DNA of 64,000 nt, from positions 48,856,001 to 48,920,000 of the forward strand of contig OZ024745.1 of the NCBI GenBank assembly GCA_964016885.1, given 5' to 3'. Shown piece by piece: positions 27,301 to 36,454 of the stretch (the stretch's first letter is position 1; every line of letters begins with the position of its first letter). Origin of the DNA: Eledone cirrhosa. Its lineage: Eukaryota. The notes under the pieces are model-generated. The model searched no databases. It had not been told where the DNA came from and was given only the letters and a program-made list of their open reading frames with translations. A program made the position numbers and the translations under genes.

Positions 27301-27652
27301 TGAGGGCTGGCACTATGTGGTGCTGAAGAAAACCCAATCTGCAGCATACAATGTGGTCTGACATACTCCCTGTGTACCCCTTCTTCCACCAGCACCCACT
27401 AACAGCTAGTCTCAACATGATAACACTACGTCCTGACAACCTCCCCTGTGCACCCAGTAGTGAGTGAGACTGTACGTGAGATGCAGATCCCTGGCCTGTC
27501 TTGATCAGTAACCCCCGCTTCAATACTGATTTGTTCTATGTAGACCTGTCTAATCCTTGCAAGCAGGGAGAGCGGACGTTAGAACAATGATTCTATATAT
27601 ACTATATATACATATACAATATAGAAATATATATATATATATATATATTTAT

Positions 27653-27709
<57 letters not shown>

Positions 27710-28456
27710 TATACACACACATTTATATACTATAATATATATATATATATACACACACACATTTATATACTATAATATATATATATATATATATATAATA
27801 GCTAACATTAAGTGGAAAAGAAAAGGATATCAAAGCTCAATACTCTTCAGTACGTTCACACACGTTGATGTCTATTTCACCCACATCAACCCTTCGATTC
27901 AAGTTTATAAAGGTAACAATATGGTTAATAAAGATTGCTCCACCGATAAATAGTGGGGGAATTAAACACTTCTTTAAACATAAATCATTTGTTCCTATTA
28001 AGTTATAGTATTTACATATAATAATTAATGTACTGCGTGGAAATGCAAACGATAAGAAAAGTACTAGGTGTTATGTATGTATCAAAAATTGTATTGTCAC
28101 TTGATATCGGTTATAAAACATCGAGTAATGACAGTGTAAGCAGTGTACTCACATAAACATAAATGCAGATACGCATAAACATACACGTGGAAAATGATCT
28201 TTTAATATGTCTGGTTGTTACACTGATCATTAAGAATATATCTAAACAGAAATGTCGGAATTACAAAATGCTTTGTTGATAATATAAGGCAGAAAATGGC
28301 AGCATTATAATGGCCCAGGGACGAATATAAGTTGTGTAACATAGAACCAAGGAGAGATAAACCTCTCGGACCAAGTAAAATAATATAAAGTTTACAAATT
28401 GAGGATGTAGTATTCGTAAAAGATCATAACCATATAAGTAATAAGAAATATATCTC

Positions 28457-28492
<36 letters not shown>

Positions 28493-29078
28493 CGACGAGA
28501 AATAAAAGTGCATCACAAGAAATGGCTGCGGCAAATCATGCCGTATATTTAATAACATAAAACAGATTGCAACATGCTATCAACAACTAACGATTGTGTT
28601 TAACCAGTTAAGGTGTATATTTTATATCAAGCAAACTGTTTTCTGCATTCATTTTTCTAGTTCAATAGTACTTCGGTTTAACTTTGAATAAGTTTCTACA
28701 CCTGAAATAAATGTTTAAAGAAATCGACTGTCTGCTGTCACAGATCTGGGATGTTTTCACTGAAGTAGAATGATTTAGGAAAATAAATATTTAACAAGTA
28801 ATATTTTAAGAAAAAATATTTCAAGAATAAATTTTCAATGAAAACAAATTATTTTTTATTATTATTTTTTCTTTTCAGATTATAATGTTGACAATATAGA
28901 TTACACGTTGTTCGGATATCAATAAGGCAGTTGAGTGCAACAAGATAGGAGAAAGGGAGAAAACAAAACCCAATTGAAAATATAAAATATATGAAAATTG
29001 TTGTCTACAAAGAAAAAACTGACAACTTAAAGTATATTTCCCCCAAGTTAGAATTAATTGGGCTTACCTTGTTGTCAT
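2037..29078 (-). CDS. BTAF1: BTAF1 (TBP-associated factor 172 / Mot1), N-terminal HEAT-repeat region, 16 coding exons, 3'-partial
   Basis: All exons are GT-AG bounded with consistent phases (2054 nt joined). Translation [113 protein letters not shown] matches BTAF1/Mot1. The SNF2 ATPase part lies outside the window. Confidence 0.97.
2326..2475 (-). CDS. BTAF1: BTAF1 exon 15
   Basis: [40 protein letters not shown]. Confidence 0.94.
2549..3076 (-). mobile_element. RTE LINE 3' end with (GAT)n tail and a short inverted 5' piece
   Basis: Minus strand: [40 protein letters not shown], then 3'UTR and tail. Plus strand 3038-3076: [12 protein letters not shown]. Confidence 0.85.
3260..3367 (-). CDS. 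BTAF1: BTAF1 exon 14
   Basis: [36 protein letters not shown]; weak donor gtgtgg. Confidence 0.92.
4116..4545 (-). mobile_element. Two adjacent copies of tRNA-derived SINE family C (core cctttcatccttacggggtcgataaaataaag)
   Basis: B-box-like GAGTTCAAAT(T/C)C on the minus strand; same core as the copies at 6600, 13990, 17097, 24118, 33146, 55239 and 59127. Confidence 0.8.
4592..4715 (-). CDS. BTAF1: BTAF1 exon 13
   Basis: [32 protein letters not shown]. Confidence 0.95.
4763..5103 (+). mobile_element. Composite SINE: tRNA-like head + CORE-like middle + RTE-derived 3' tail ending in (GAT)n
   Basis: A-box TGGCTTAGTGG, B-box GAGTTCAATTC, tccttgagcaaggcact, then tail shared with the RTE 3'UTR (aggaagggcatccagctgtag..ggacgtaaaa..gatgatgat). 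Confidence 0.88.
5499..5865 (-). mobile_element. Second copy of the same composite SINE, inverted relative to 4763-5103
   Basis: Reverse complement aligns along its full length with 4763-5103, apart from repeat-module differences. Confidence 0.88.
6454..6739. mobile_element. Palindromic MITE-like element interrupted by a 98-bp SINE C insertion (6600-6697, +)
   Basis: Arms gaaatttgaaaatatagttgccccaa.. / ..ttggggtaactatattttcaaatttc. The SINE is flanked by TSD attatagttat (6589-6599, 6698-6708). Confidence 0.8.
6832..6962 (-). CDS. BTAF1: BTAF1 exon 12
   Basis: [36 protein letters not shown]. Confidence 0.95.
7638..7778 (-). CDS. BTAF1: BTAF1 exon 11
   Basis: [36 protein letters not shown]. 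Confidence 0.96.
9261..9437 (-). CDS. BTAF1: BTAF1 exon 10
   Basis: [33 protein letters not shown]. Confidence 0.96.
10301..10396 (-). CDS. BTAF1: BTAF1 exon 9
   Basis: [32 protein letters not shown]; aag/gtaata. Confidence 0.93.
12062..12220 (-). CDS. BTAF1: BTAF1 exon 8
   Basis: [40 protein letters not shown]. Confidence 0.95.
12821..12947 (-). CDS. BTAF1: BTAF1 exon 7
   Basis: [31 protein letters not shown]; tag/gtaagt; phase fits both neighbours. Confidence 0.88.
13062..13952 (+). mobile_element. Non-autonomous Helitron
   Basis: Starts TCTATATATATAAAA after an A; ends with hairpin cctgtgcaacgccggg then CTAG before a T; no TSD; internal ~105-bp duplication (13079/13348) and three gcattaggtgaaaa units. 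Confidence 0.85.
13990..14180 (-). mobile_element. SINE family C copy
   Basis: Same core and tail; cttatctgt on both flanks. Confidence 0.8.
14756..14883 (-). CDS. BTAF1: BTAF1 exon 6
   Basis: [35 protein letters not shown]; ag/gtaaag. Confidence 0.93.
15116..15665 (-). mobile_element. RTE LINE 3' fragment with full 3'UTR and (GAT)n tail
   Basis: [29 protein letters not shown]; same family as 30862-31829 and 62277-63879. Confidence 0.9.
15668..15817. repeat. Compound (TA/CA/TG/GA) microsatellite
   Basis: Directly visible dinucleotide runs. Confidence 0.95.
16406..16560 (-). CDS. BTAF1: BTAF1 exon 5
   Basis: [29 protein letters not shown]; ag/gtgagt. Confidence 0.93.
17097..17313 (-). mobile_element. 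SINE family C copy with ~18-bp TSD
   Basis: tttaataaa(a/g)tacaataat on both sides. Confidence 0.78.
17360..17497 (-). CDS. BTAF1: BTAF1 exon 4
   Basis: ..[33 protein letters not shown]; ag/gtgaga. Confidence 0.93.
17620..17853 (+). mobile_element. GC-rich RTE-clade LINE 3' end with (CTAAGA)n tail
   Basis: [40 protein letters not shown]; 8-bp TSD ctaatact (17612-17619, 17854-17861). Confidence 0.82.
18232..18320. repeat. (CT)n immediately followed by (GA)n: palindromic microsatellite
   Basis: ~45 nt of CT repeat abutting ~44 nt of GA repeat. Confidence 0.95.
18400..18580. mobile_element. Palindromic element (50-bp arms at 18405-18505 plus a unique extension) inserted in (TA)n; possibly a Penelope-like remnant
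   Basis: Arms pair at 43 of 50 positions; (TA)n on both flanks. Confidence 0.6.
18908..19022 (-). CDS. BTAF1: BTAF1 exon 3
   Basis: [32 protein letters not shown]; ag/gt bounded. Confidence 0.95.
19303..19426 (-). CDS. BTAF1: BTAF1 exon 2
   Basis: tttcag|ATTGGATCGC..ACTAAG|gtaaat; [19 protein letters not shown]. Confidence 0.95.
19860..20482 (+). mobile_element. Degenerate, internally deleted RTE LINE
   Basis: [38 protein letters not shown]; later RWYRH and a gatgatgat tail. Confidence 0.75.
20520..21450 (-). mobile_element. Ty3/Gypsy-like pol (integrase) relic
   Basis: Frameshifted motifs in the expected order: [31 protein letters not shown] (HHCC region), [23 protein letters not shown] (NGxAERxVQTxK-like). 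Boundaries are approximate. Confidence 0.6.
21870..22090. mobile_element. piggyBac-like MITE with TTAA TSD
   Basis: ttaa|ccctttagcattta ... taaatgctgaaggg|ttaa; related degenerate copies near 22461-22690 and 22916-23109. Confidence 0.75.
24070..24975 (+). mobile_element. Helitron Pif1-helicase relic interrupted by a SINE C copy (24118-24216)
   Basis: Frameshifted motifs in order: [82 protein letters not shown] aagaagataat. Confidence 0.78.
25260..25830 (+). mobile_element. RTE LINE (second family) APE endonuclease/linker relic
   Basis: [36 protein letters not shown]; relatives at 38140-39290(-) and 54340-54660(-). Confidence 0.8.
26190..27590 (+). mobile_element. Degenerate RTE LINE whose core is replaced by an antisense Helitron RepHel fragment (26805-27148)
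   Basis: [39 protein letters not shown], then minus-strand FAQTLLY../[45 protein letters not shown], then [24 protein letters not shown]. Confidence 0.82.
27593..27800. repeat. Compound (TA)n/(CA)n microsatellite
   Basis: Directly visible. Confidence 0.95.
29068..29078 (-). CDS. BTAF1: BTAF1 coding exon 1 (MTT+R, phase 2)
   Basis: gccATGACAACAAG|gtaagc; completes the Arg codon with exon 2 (AG|A TTG GAT CGC). Confidence 0.8.
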
Positions 29079-29538
29079 GGCAATATACTTTCCAGGTAAT
29101 GATTATTGCAGACTTCTTGTCATAGAAGTGGAAGAAATAAAAGGCTCACAGTTTCACTAACCAAACGTTGTCTGTTTGGGATACACAACAATAGTATAGA
29201 GCTCGATTTATAAAAATACAAATCGAAACTGATATAATAGTAATGATTTAAACAAATTATGAAACAGTTGTCGCCTTTTTTTTCTTTTCCCAACTGATGG
29301 TAGTGTTTTATTTTTAGAGTATTTCTTTAAAAAAAATACTCAACGAATATGGCCACAATATGCATCAAGATTGATTAAATAATGTAATTTTCTACACTTA
29401 ACGTCTCTGAATAATCGCCAAAGCAACCACAGATAACTTATTAGATTAAGAATTTTACATAAACTATTGTCCATAAAAACAGACTCAAAATATGTAACCT
29501 CCAAACCACTTAGGTTGCGAGTTACTTTTATACTGACA

Positions 29539-29608
29539 GCCATTTTGAAAGTTGTTCTTGAAATAGAGAGCGTAAATGTCACTGATTGGTTAGATAATAT
29601 GACGTCAT
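29539..29608 (-). promoter_or_regulatory. Putative BTAF1 promoter: CRE palindrome, CCAAT box, YY1-like motif
   Basis: ATGACGTCAT 29599-29608; CCAAT (attgg) 29585-29589; CAAAATGGC 29547-29539; ~470 bp upstream of the start codon in locally CpG-richer DNA. Confidence 0.55.
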
Positions 29609-30321
29609 GAGTTCGAGCTCTTCGTTTTAAAGAATGAATTTTCTCACATAACATCAAATTATGGTGCATTTATAATATGCCAATAAACATGCTATTAACT
29701 AGACTATTCCACAAGAAAATGCAATATGAGTTAAATAAAATATTACAAACATTAATCTTAAAATCTTTATTGATCCTGCCGAATATCTACAAGCTGTTAC
29801 TTTTAAATAGTCGTGATGTAAATTGTATGAACAATTCAATAAAATTGAATGTTTAACATCTCTTTCGCGAGGACAAAACGGAAGGTTTGATAGAGATGGA
29901 TAAAGTTAACTGAATTGACTCACAACATGATTTGTAATTATTTTACCTTCTCCCAAAAGGTAAAAAGAACACTAGCAAGATATGAACTCAGAGCAGTACA
30001 AACTGAACAAGATACTGAATATTTTAAAATTGATAACCAAGTTGTGTGATATTTTTTCCATATGGTAATAAATTAGTCACTCGTCTTGCTAAAAATAACA
30101 GCCTAATCTCCTTCAAATTAAAACTTCCCATTTTCAAAAGGAAAGGACACATTGAATATATAATAATAAACACACAGAAGTTAAAATATAGATGCAGGCC
30201 AGATCAGAGAGGAGACTAGGGAAGAGGCAGATATTTGGAGTATCATAGGATTTTGAGGAGATCTACTTACCTCAATCTCTATTCTTTTTCTGTTCTGTTT
30301 ACTTATAAATACATCATGTAC

Positions 30322-30366
<45 letters not shown>

Positions 30367-30429
30367 ATATCGTTATCTGAGTATGAATTATAATTACAAA
30401 AGAATGGGCCCTTTGAATGTAAATATAGA

Positions 30430-30605
30430 GGTACTTTATATTACTTAACATCCATGGCAACTAAGCATGTTTTCGTTGGTACTCATAGTTTCATGATAGT
30501 ATCTGATTAATCGTAGCAGATTAATCTCGTGTGCACCATTATGAAACTCTGAGTGCTGACGAAAACATCTGCTTTGGTGTTATGTATTTTAAGTTATAAA
30601 GGACC
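30430..30605. repeat. Imperfect ~175-bp palindrome (MITE-like)
   Basis: Core arms atgttttcgttggtactcatagtttcatgatagt / accattatgaaactctgagtgctgacgaaaacat. Confidence 0.7.
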
Positions 30606-30861
30606 AATCCAACCCATGCAAGAGTGGGAAAATAGATGTAAAAATGATGATGATGGCTGTAATCTATACATAAATCCTGTATTTACCACTGGTTACTAAA
30701 GCAGTGATTAGTTTGAATGGGACCTATATTTCCCATCTAGCTATGGACAAGGACAGGTTAAATCAATCATTTTGAGGCCCAAAGCACTCAAAAGATTATG
30801 AAGCCTCCTATATACAATGCCTGCAAAAAGTTCTTTTAGGAATGATAAATACCTTTAATTT

Positions 30862-31829
30862 GTTACCTGGGTGACAAAATCAGCAGTGGTGGAGGGTCTT
30901 CTGAAAGTACAGTAGCCAGAGTCAGAACGGGATGGAAAAAGTTCAGAGAGCTTATACCGCTGTTGGCCACAAAAGGTTTCTCTCTAAAAATGAAAGGCAG
31001 ATTGTATGATGCTTGTATATGAACAGCAATGTTACATGGCAGTGAGACATGGGCATTGCGTGCAGAGGACCTGCGTAGACAGGAAAGGAATGAAGCATGC
31101 ATGCTCTGTTGGATGTGTAATAGTAATATACGTGAACGGCAAAGCATAAATGAACTAAGTGAGAAATTAGGAATAAGAGGGATCAGATGCTGTTTACTCG
31201 AGAGAAGACTACGTTGGTATGGCCATGTAATGCACATGAAAGACGACAGCTGTATAAAAAAGTGCAGGGCGATCAAAATTGATGGTAGTTACGGAGTAGG
31301 TAGACCCAGAAAAACCTGGGACAATCTGATAAATTCCGACATTACATACTTGCACCTCTCTAAGATGTCATTGGACTGAAATCTTTGGCGCTACGCAGTA
31401 ATACAGAAGACCCGCCTTGCTTATGTGCAAAACGAAACCTACAGTCAGTAGGCACCTCTTAACCAAATATACACCCCAATCCACTACCCCTACCCTATCC
31501 TCCCACTCCCACCAGCACCACCCCCTCTCTATAAAGTTGGTACCACAACATCCAGTCCAAATAAATGAGATCGAGATCGTATAGGTGTCACGAGAAAAAA
31601 AACACACAGTCCACGCTGTAATGTGGCCGTGTAGGTAACACGGTAAAAAGTTCCCAGTTCCACACTGTAAAAATGGTTGGTGTTAGGAAGGGCATCCAGC
31701 TGTAGAAAACCTGCCAGATAGTCCTATATGAGCGAGACACGGTCACCCGACCAACCTTGCCTCAAGTGGGACAACTCCCGTCTAACCCATGCTAGCATGG
31801 AAAGTGGACGTTAAACGAGGATGATGATG
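30862..31829 (+). mobile_element. RTE LINE 3' fragment with 3'UTR and (GAT)n tail
   Basis: YLGDKISSGGG..ARVRTGWKKFREL..MLHGSETWAL..RRLRWYGHV..GRPRKTW. Confidence 0.92.
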
Positions 31830-31845
31830 TATATATATTATATAT

Positions 31846-32107
31846 CAGGGGCGAAGGATGTGTGTATGCAGTGCATGCGTTATAAAATCTTGAGTTGATC
31901 AATTGTGTCGGTTGAAGCAAGCAGAATTTTGACTGCTTACTAAATCGTAGACACATAAAAAGATAACACACACACTAGATAACACTACATGTAGCTTTGA
32001 CCGGAAGGGTCATTTAGAGGGAATGGGGGGAGTAAGGCTGCACAGCACCACTTTCCGCCATGGCAATGGACTGCATGCCCTGCTTTCCAGGTTACCCTTC
32101 GCCACTG
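31846..32107. mobile_element. hAT-like MITE in (TA)n
   Basis: 12-bp TIR caggggcgaagg / ccttcgccactg (1 mismatch). Confidence 0.7.
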
Positions 32108-32174
32108 ATATATATATATATATATCCTCTTTGTTTCGGCCGCGGATGGCTAACATCCACACCATCTAGGCCGA

Positions 32175-32436
32175 AACAAATGAGATCGTGTAGGTGTCAC
32201 GACAAAAAAACACACAGTCCACGCTGTAATGTGGCCGTGTAGGCAACACGGTAAAAACCTCCCAGACCCACACTGTAAATGTGATTGGTGTTAGGAAGGG
32301 CATCCAACTGTAGAAAACCTGCCAGACAGTCCTATGCGAGCAAGACAATCACTCTTGCCTCAAGTGGGAAAACCCCCGTCCAAACCCATGCAAGCGTGGA
32401 ACACGGACGTTAAACGTTGATGATGATGATGATGAT
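32175..32436 (+). mobile_element. RTE 3'UTR-only copy
   Basis: Matches 31564-31829; (GAT)n tail. Confidence 0.85.
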
Positions 32437-32455
32437 ATATATAAATATATATATA

Positions 32456-32921
32456 TAAACAAAATTAGAATTTAGTTTTTCACTCTAACTTAGCAAGTAT
32501 ATAAATGCATTTGTGAGTTTTATATCAAATGATAATGATATTCAATTCATTTGCAAGCAAACAGCCTCATTACACTATGTGTTTAGATGACCGTCCCCAA
32601 CCTTTTGTTCTAGCGGTGACAGAGAGAAACAATCAACAATAATATTGTTTCTGGGTTATTGTCCTTTATCAAGATTGTAGCTCTCTTCTGTCACTCACTA
32701 GAACTCTTGAGAATATATAGTATTCTCTAAAGTATATACCAGCTGATTAGCCTAATTTGCATGCTGAGCGATTTTACGGTTGGCTTTGCTGAAAATTAAA
32801 AACAAAATTAGAATTTAGTTTTTCATTCTAACATAGAGGATATGTAAATGCATTCATGAATTTTGTTTTTAATATTTGGCAAAGCAGCCATAAAATTGCT
32901 CGTGCAAATTAGGCTAATCAC
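32456..32921. mobile_element. Foldback/MITE complex
   Basis: ~65-bp inverted arms tgattagcctaatttgca..aaaacaaaatt (32744-32810) / aattttgtttt..tgcaaattaggctaatca (32859-32921); direct repeat 32457/32800; second hairpin 32608-32704. Confidence 0.65.
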
Positions 32922-33145
32922 AAAGAAAATTAACTGATACCAGGATCTAAAGTGGGAACTGAAAAGGATTTGAGACTATTATGAGACCAAAGTTGAGCCG
33001 CTTTGGAACACTTCAAAAAGCATGACTACTGGGAACAGCAGGGACCCTCCAATATGTCATGGCTGCAGGTAGCAGCTTGATGTTCATTTGGATAATTTTT
33101 CCTGTTAAATAAAATCAATGACTGAGATATCAAATTCATAATAAT

Positions 33146-33363
33146 TGTTTCTTATATAGGCACAAGGCCAGCAATTCCGGGGAAAGGGAAAGTCAATTAA
33201 ATTGACCCCAGTGCGTGACTGGTACTTTATTTTATCGATCTCGTAAGGATGAAAGGCAAAGTTAACCTCAGCGGGATTTGAACTCAGATCATAAAGGGCC
33301 GTAACTCTATGCTGCAAAGCATGGCGTCCGACCTTCTACCGATACTGCCAATCCACCACCTTC
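33146..33363 (-). mobile_element. Full-length SINE family C copy
   Basis: tRNA-like head with GAGTTCAAATCCC; 18-bp TSD tatcaaattc(a/g)taataat (33128-33145, 33364-33381). Confidence 0.88.
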
Positions 33364-33544
33364 TATCAAATTCGTAATAATGAATGACTTAAAGTATTTC
33401 TTTGAGAACAACTACCAACTTATAAATTATATAAATTTAGGAAATAATTCATAAGTGCAGAGTTGCATTTTGGTGGGGGGAAAATGTTCAAAATTTAAAT
33501 AGATGTATGGAGGAAAGAAATAACTATAGTTTTAGTTAATGTGT

Positions 33545-33838
33545 GTTGGACCTCTGTCAGTTCCAATGATAAGTGTTTAATCAACAGAACAGATTGCTCA
33601 TGAAATTAACATGGAAGTGGCTGAGCATTCTACTGACATGTCTACTATTCACATAGGTCTCAGGGAGATTCAGTATGTATGACAAGGTTGGCCTTTTGAA
33701 TTACTGGTACAACCACATATTTTTGCCAGCTGAGTGGACTGGAGTAACATGAAATAAAGTGTTTAACCAAGGAAACAACACATCACCAGGAATCTAACTC
33801 ATGGCAAAACATCCTAACCACTAAACCATGTGCGTTCA
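33545..33838 (-). mobile_element. tRNA-headed SINE with an alternative tail
   Basis: Head like 4763; tail like 49130-49290. Confidence 0.7.
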
Positions 33839-36454
33839 CAGTATGGTGTGAAGAATAATAGAGATGTTATTATTTAGTGTATAATGTTTATCCAACAAAG
33901 AATTCTTGTTTATATTGTCAATAAAAATACTTTCACTAGTTGTATTTTACTTTGACTCTAATATCAATCAATTACATAATTAACTAAATGGTTAATTTGT
34001 TAATTAATTATCTAATTATCTAATTAATTGACAATAAGCCCAAAGTGAAATACATCTGTGCAATGCTATTGTCAGTACGACCTCCTCCCCAACGTACAAT
34101 ATCTGTTTCAACACACACTTGAGTATAAATTACATCAAGACACTTCTAAAACAAATATAAAAATGAAATAGTCTAATCAATTTTAAGATTGCAACTGGAC
34201 AGATTATTAAACATATTTATAACCAACCACTTTCAGAAGAAAAATGTAACGTAAATGGAATTGGACTTTCTGATGGTGCAACTTTGACATCTATATGCTT
34301 CTTCTTTTTATCAATCTCATCAAATTAATTTCTAAACTATTCTAATATAACATGTTATATATGTGGGTTTATGCCAGAATAAAAAAAAAAATGCAGTAGC
34401 TGATTTGTTTGCTAAACGCCAGCTGCAGATTAATTTTAGATCAATATTAATCTTCTTAAGGATTTAGGATTTAAATACATAATAAATTGTATCAACAGGG
34501 TGGTGAGACATTGGTGTATGCCTAACTCACCTGAATATTAAAAATAAAAACTTCCATTTAGTATGACATACCATCAATCGGGAGGTAAATTGATGAATCC
34601 ACACATCATAACTACCACTATCACCTATCTTTCATATAATGTACCTAAGGGTAAAATTTTCACTTCAACCTCACACTTCACTTCAAGTTCTACTTTAAAT
34701 AGGTTAACAGATTTTATAAGAGAAGAACTTAACATCAGTCTTTCCATGCTAATCTACTGAATCGTTTTTGTCAATCCAGTCACCAGAGAAAAAGAAATTT
34801 GATTAACCATCATAGTGAAAAGAGAAATAAGGAAGGCGATTTTAATTCTGGATTTTACTGACAATTAGGTCTACCCATTATAGGATAGTAGAGGTGTTAT
34901 AAGACAAAATCTTATTTCTAGTTGTTGTGGTGGTTTACCCTCATGTGACTCTTTAGCTAGCCATGACCATCCCATCTTTATATACACCAGAGACTACATT
35001 GCCTAACAAAACATTCCTTTTTTAAGGTGGAAGGGTGGAATTAATTGCAATTTCCAGCATGTCATATGGCTGCATAGAACACAGATCGGGTACACTTCTC
35101 CCCCCCCCCCCCCAACAAAAATTTACTCATCTGCTTACAAAGTGCTTAAAAAGCTCATATAAAAAAAAAAGCTTTAACTCTTAATATTCCGTAATGATTT
35201 AGGAGAAAATATCTAAAATCGAACTTGTTAATTCAAATGTTTGTAGTATGTTTACTTTTCAAGAATATCTTGCTCATGTGGTTCCATGCACTACAGGATG
35301 TTAAGATCACAAGTCAATATAAATTCCATACATATGAATTTGTAAAATTATGATTTAATTATTTTTCTTAATACAGATGCATCCCAACTTTCTGTCATAA
35401 AGATTCCTCCATTTTCTGCCCATTACAGCATAAAAATATTTGGCATTTTAGTTTAAAACAAAACACACCCAGTCTACTCTGAAAGGTGGTCATACTGGTG
35501 CCACTACAAAAAGCACCCAGCCTTAACTGTAAGGTGGTAGAGCTAGTGCCATGAGAGAAGCTCCTAGAACACACTGTAAAGTGGTTGCTATTATGAAGAG
35601 CATCCAACTGTAGAAAGCTAAACCAAAAACTGAGTGTACGAGCAAGATGTGGTCACCTGATCTGTCTTGACAACCTGTCTAATCCGTGCAAGAATGGAAA
35701 ATAGACGTTAAACGGTTATAATGATGATAGTAACTATCTAATTTATACTCAAGTTGAAACACTTATATTTTTATAGCTAAAATAAGTTTAGCATGCAAGG
35801 ACTTATTGACTGTCTTTTGTTTCGCTTTTAGATTTTTCTCATTGTATTTGATTGGCCTTATTTATTTATTTTTTTTTTAAACATGTCTTTTCCTGAATTG
35901 GCTAACAAGCAATATTTTGATAAAGTAGTATTTTAACCCTGTTTGAAGACAAACCATCTGAAATTGCCCTAGGTTCTGGGATACTAAACACATGTTTTGC
36001 CTGCTTGCAAGGGTTGGACAAGTCAGTATTTAATTGGTGCTACTGACCTCTCAGATGGATCTGGAGCTGCAACTCACTTACATACATTTCTGAACTTTAC
36101 AGAATGTACTTCATGCATTTTATCATGACACTAGCATTAGGGAGGCTTTCATGTCTTTGACATAACTGAAGAGTTCTCTCGACCCATTGTTTGGCAGGTT
36201 TGCTATAGATGGATGCCCTTTCTTTCACCAACCACTTAACATAGTGTACAAGGTGTGTTTTATCATCGCACCAACACTAGGGTGTGCTCTTCACACAACT
36301 GAAAAGTCTTTTCAACCCTTTGTCTGGCAAATTTTTGATTGCTGGGCACCCTTCTTTATGTCAACCACTTTACATGATGCACTGGGCGAGTTTAAAAATT
36401 TTTCAGCGGAATTTTATAAGAACCTTTGTTAAGCTATTTTCTAAACTCCAGTTT

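Noticed and set aside
30541-30566. GAAAC...CTGACGA hammerhead-like words in the 30.5-kb hairpin
   Set aside because: Spacing too short to form stems I and III.
35455-35600. Regularly spaced ~47-bp repeats resembling a CRISPR array
   Set aside because: Degenerate tandem modules within a retroposon tail; no unique spacers or cas genes; eukaryotic context.
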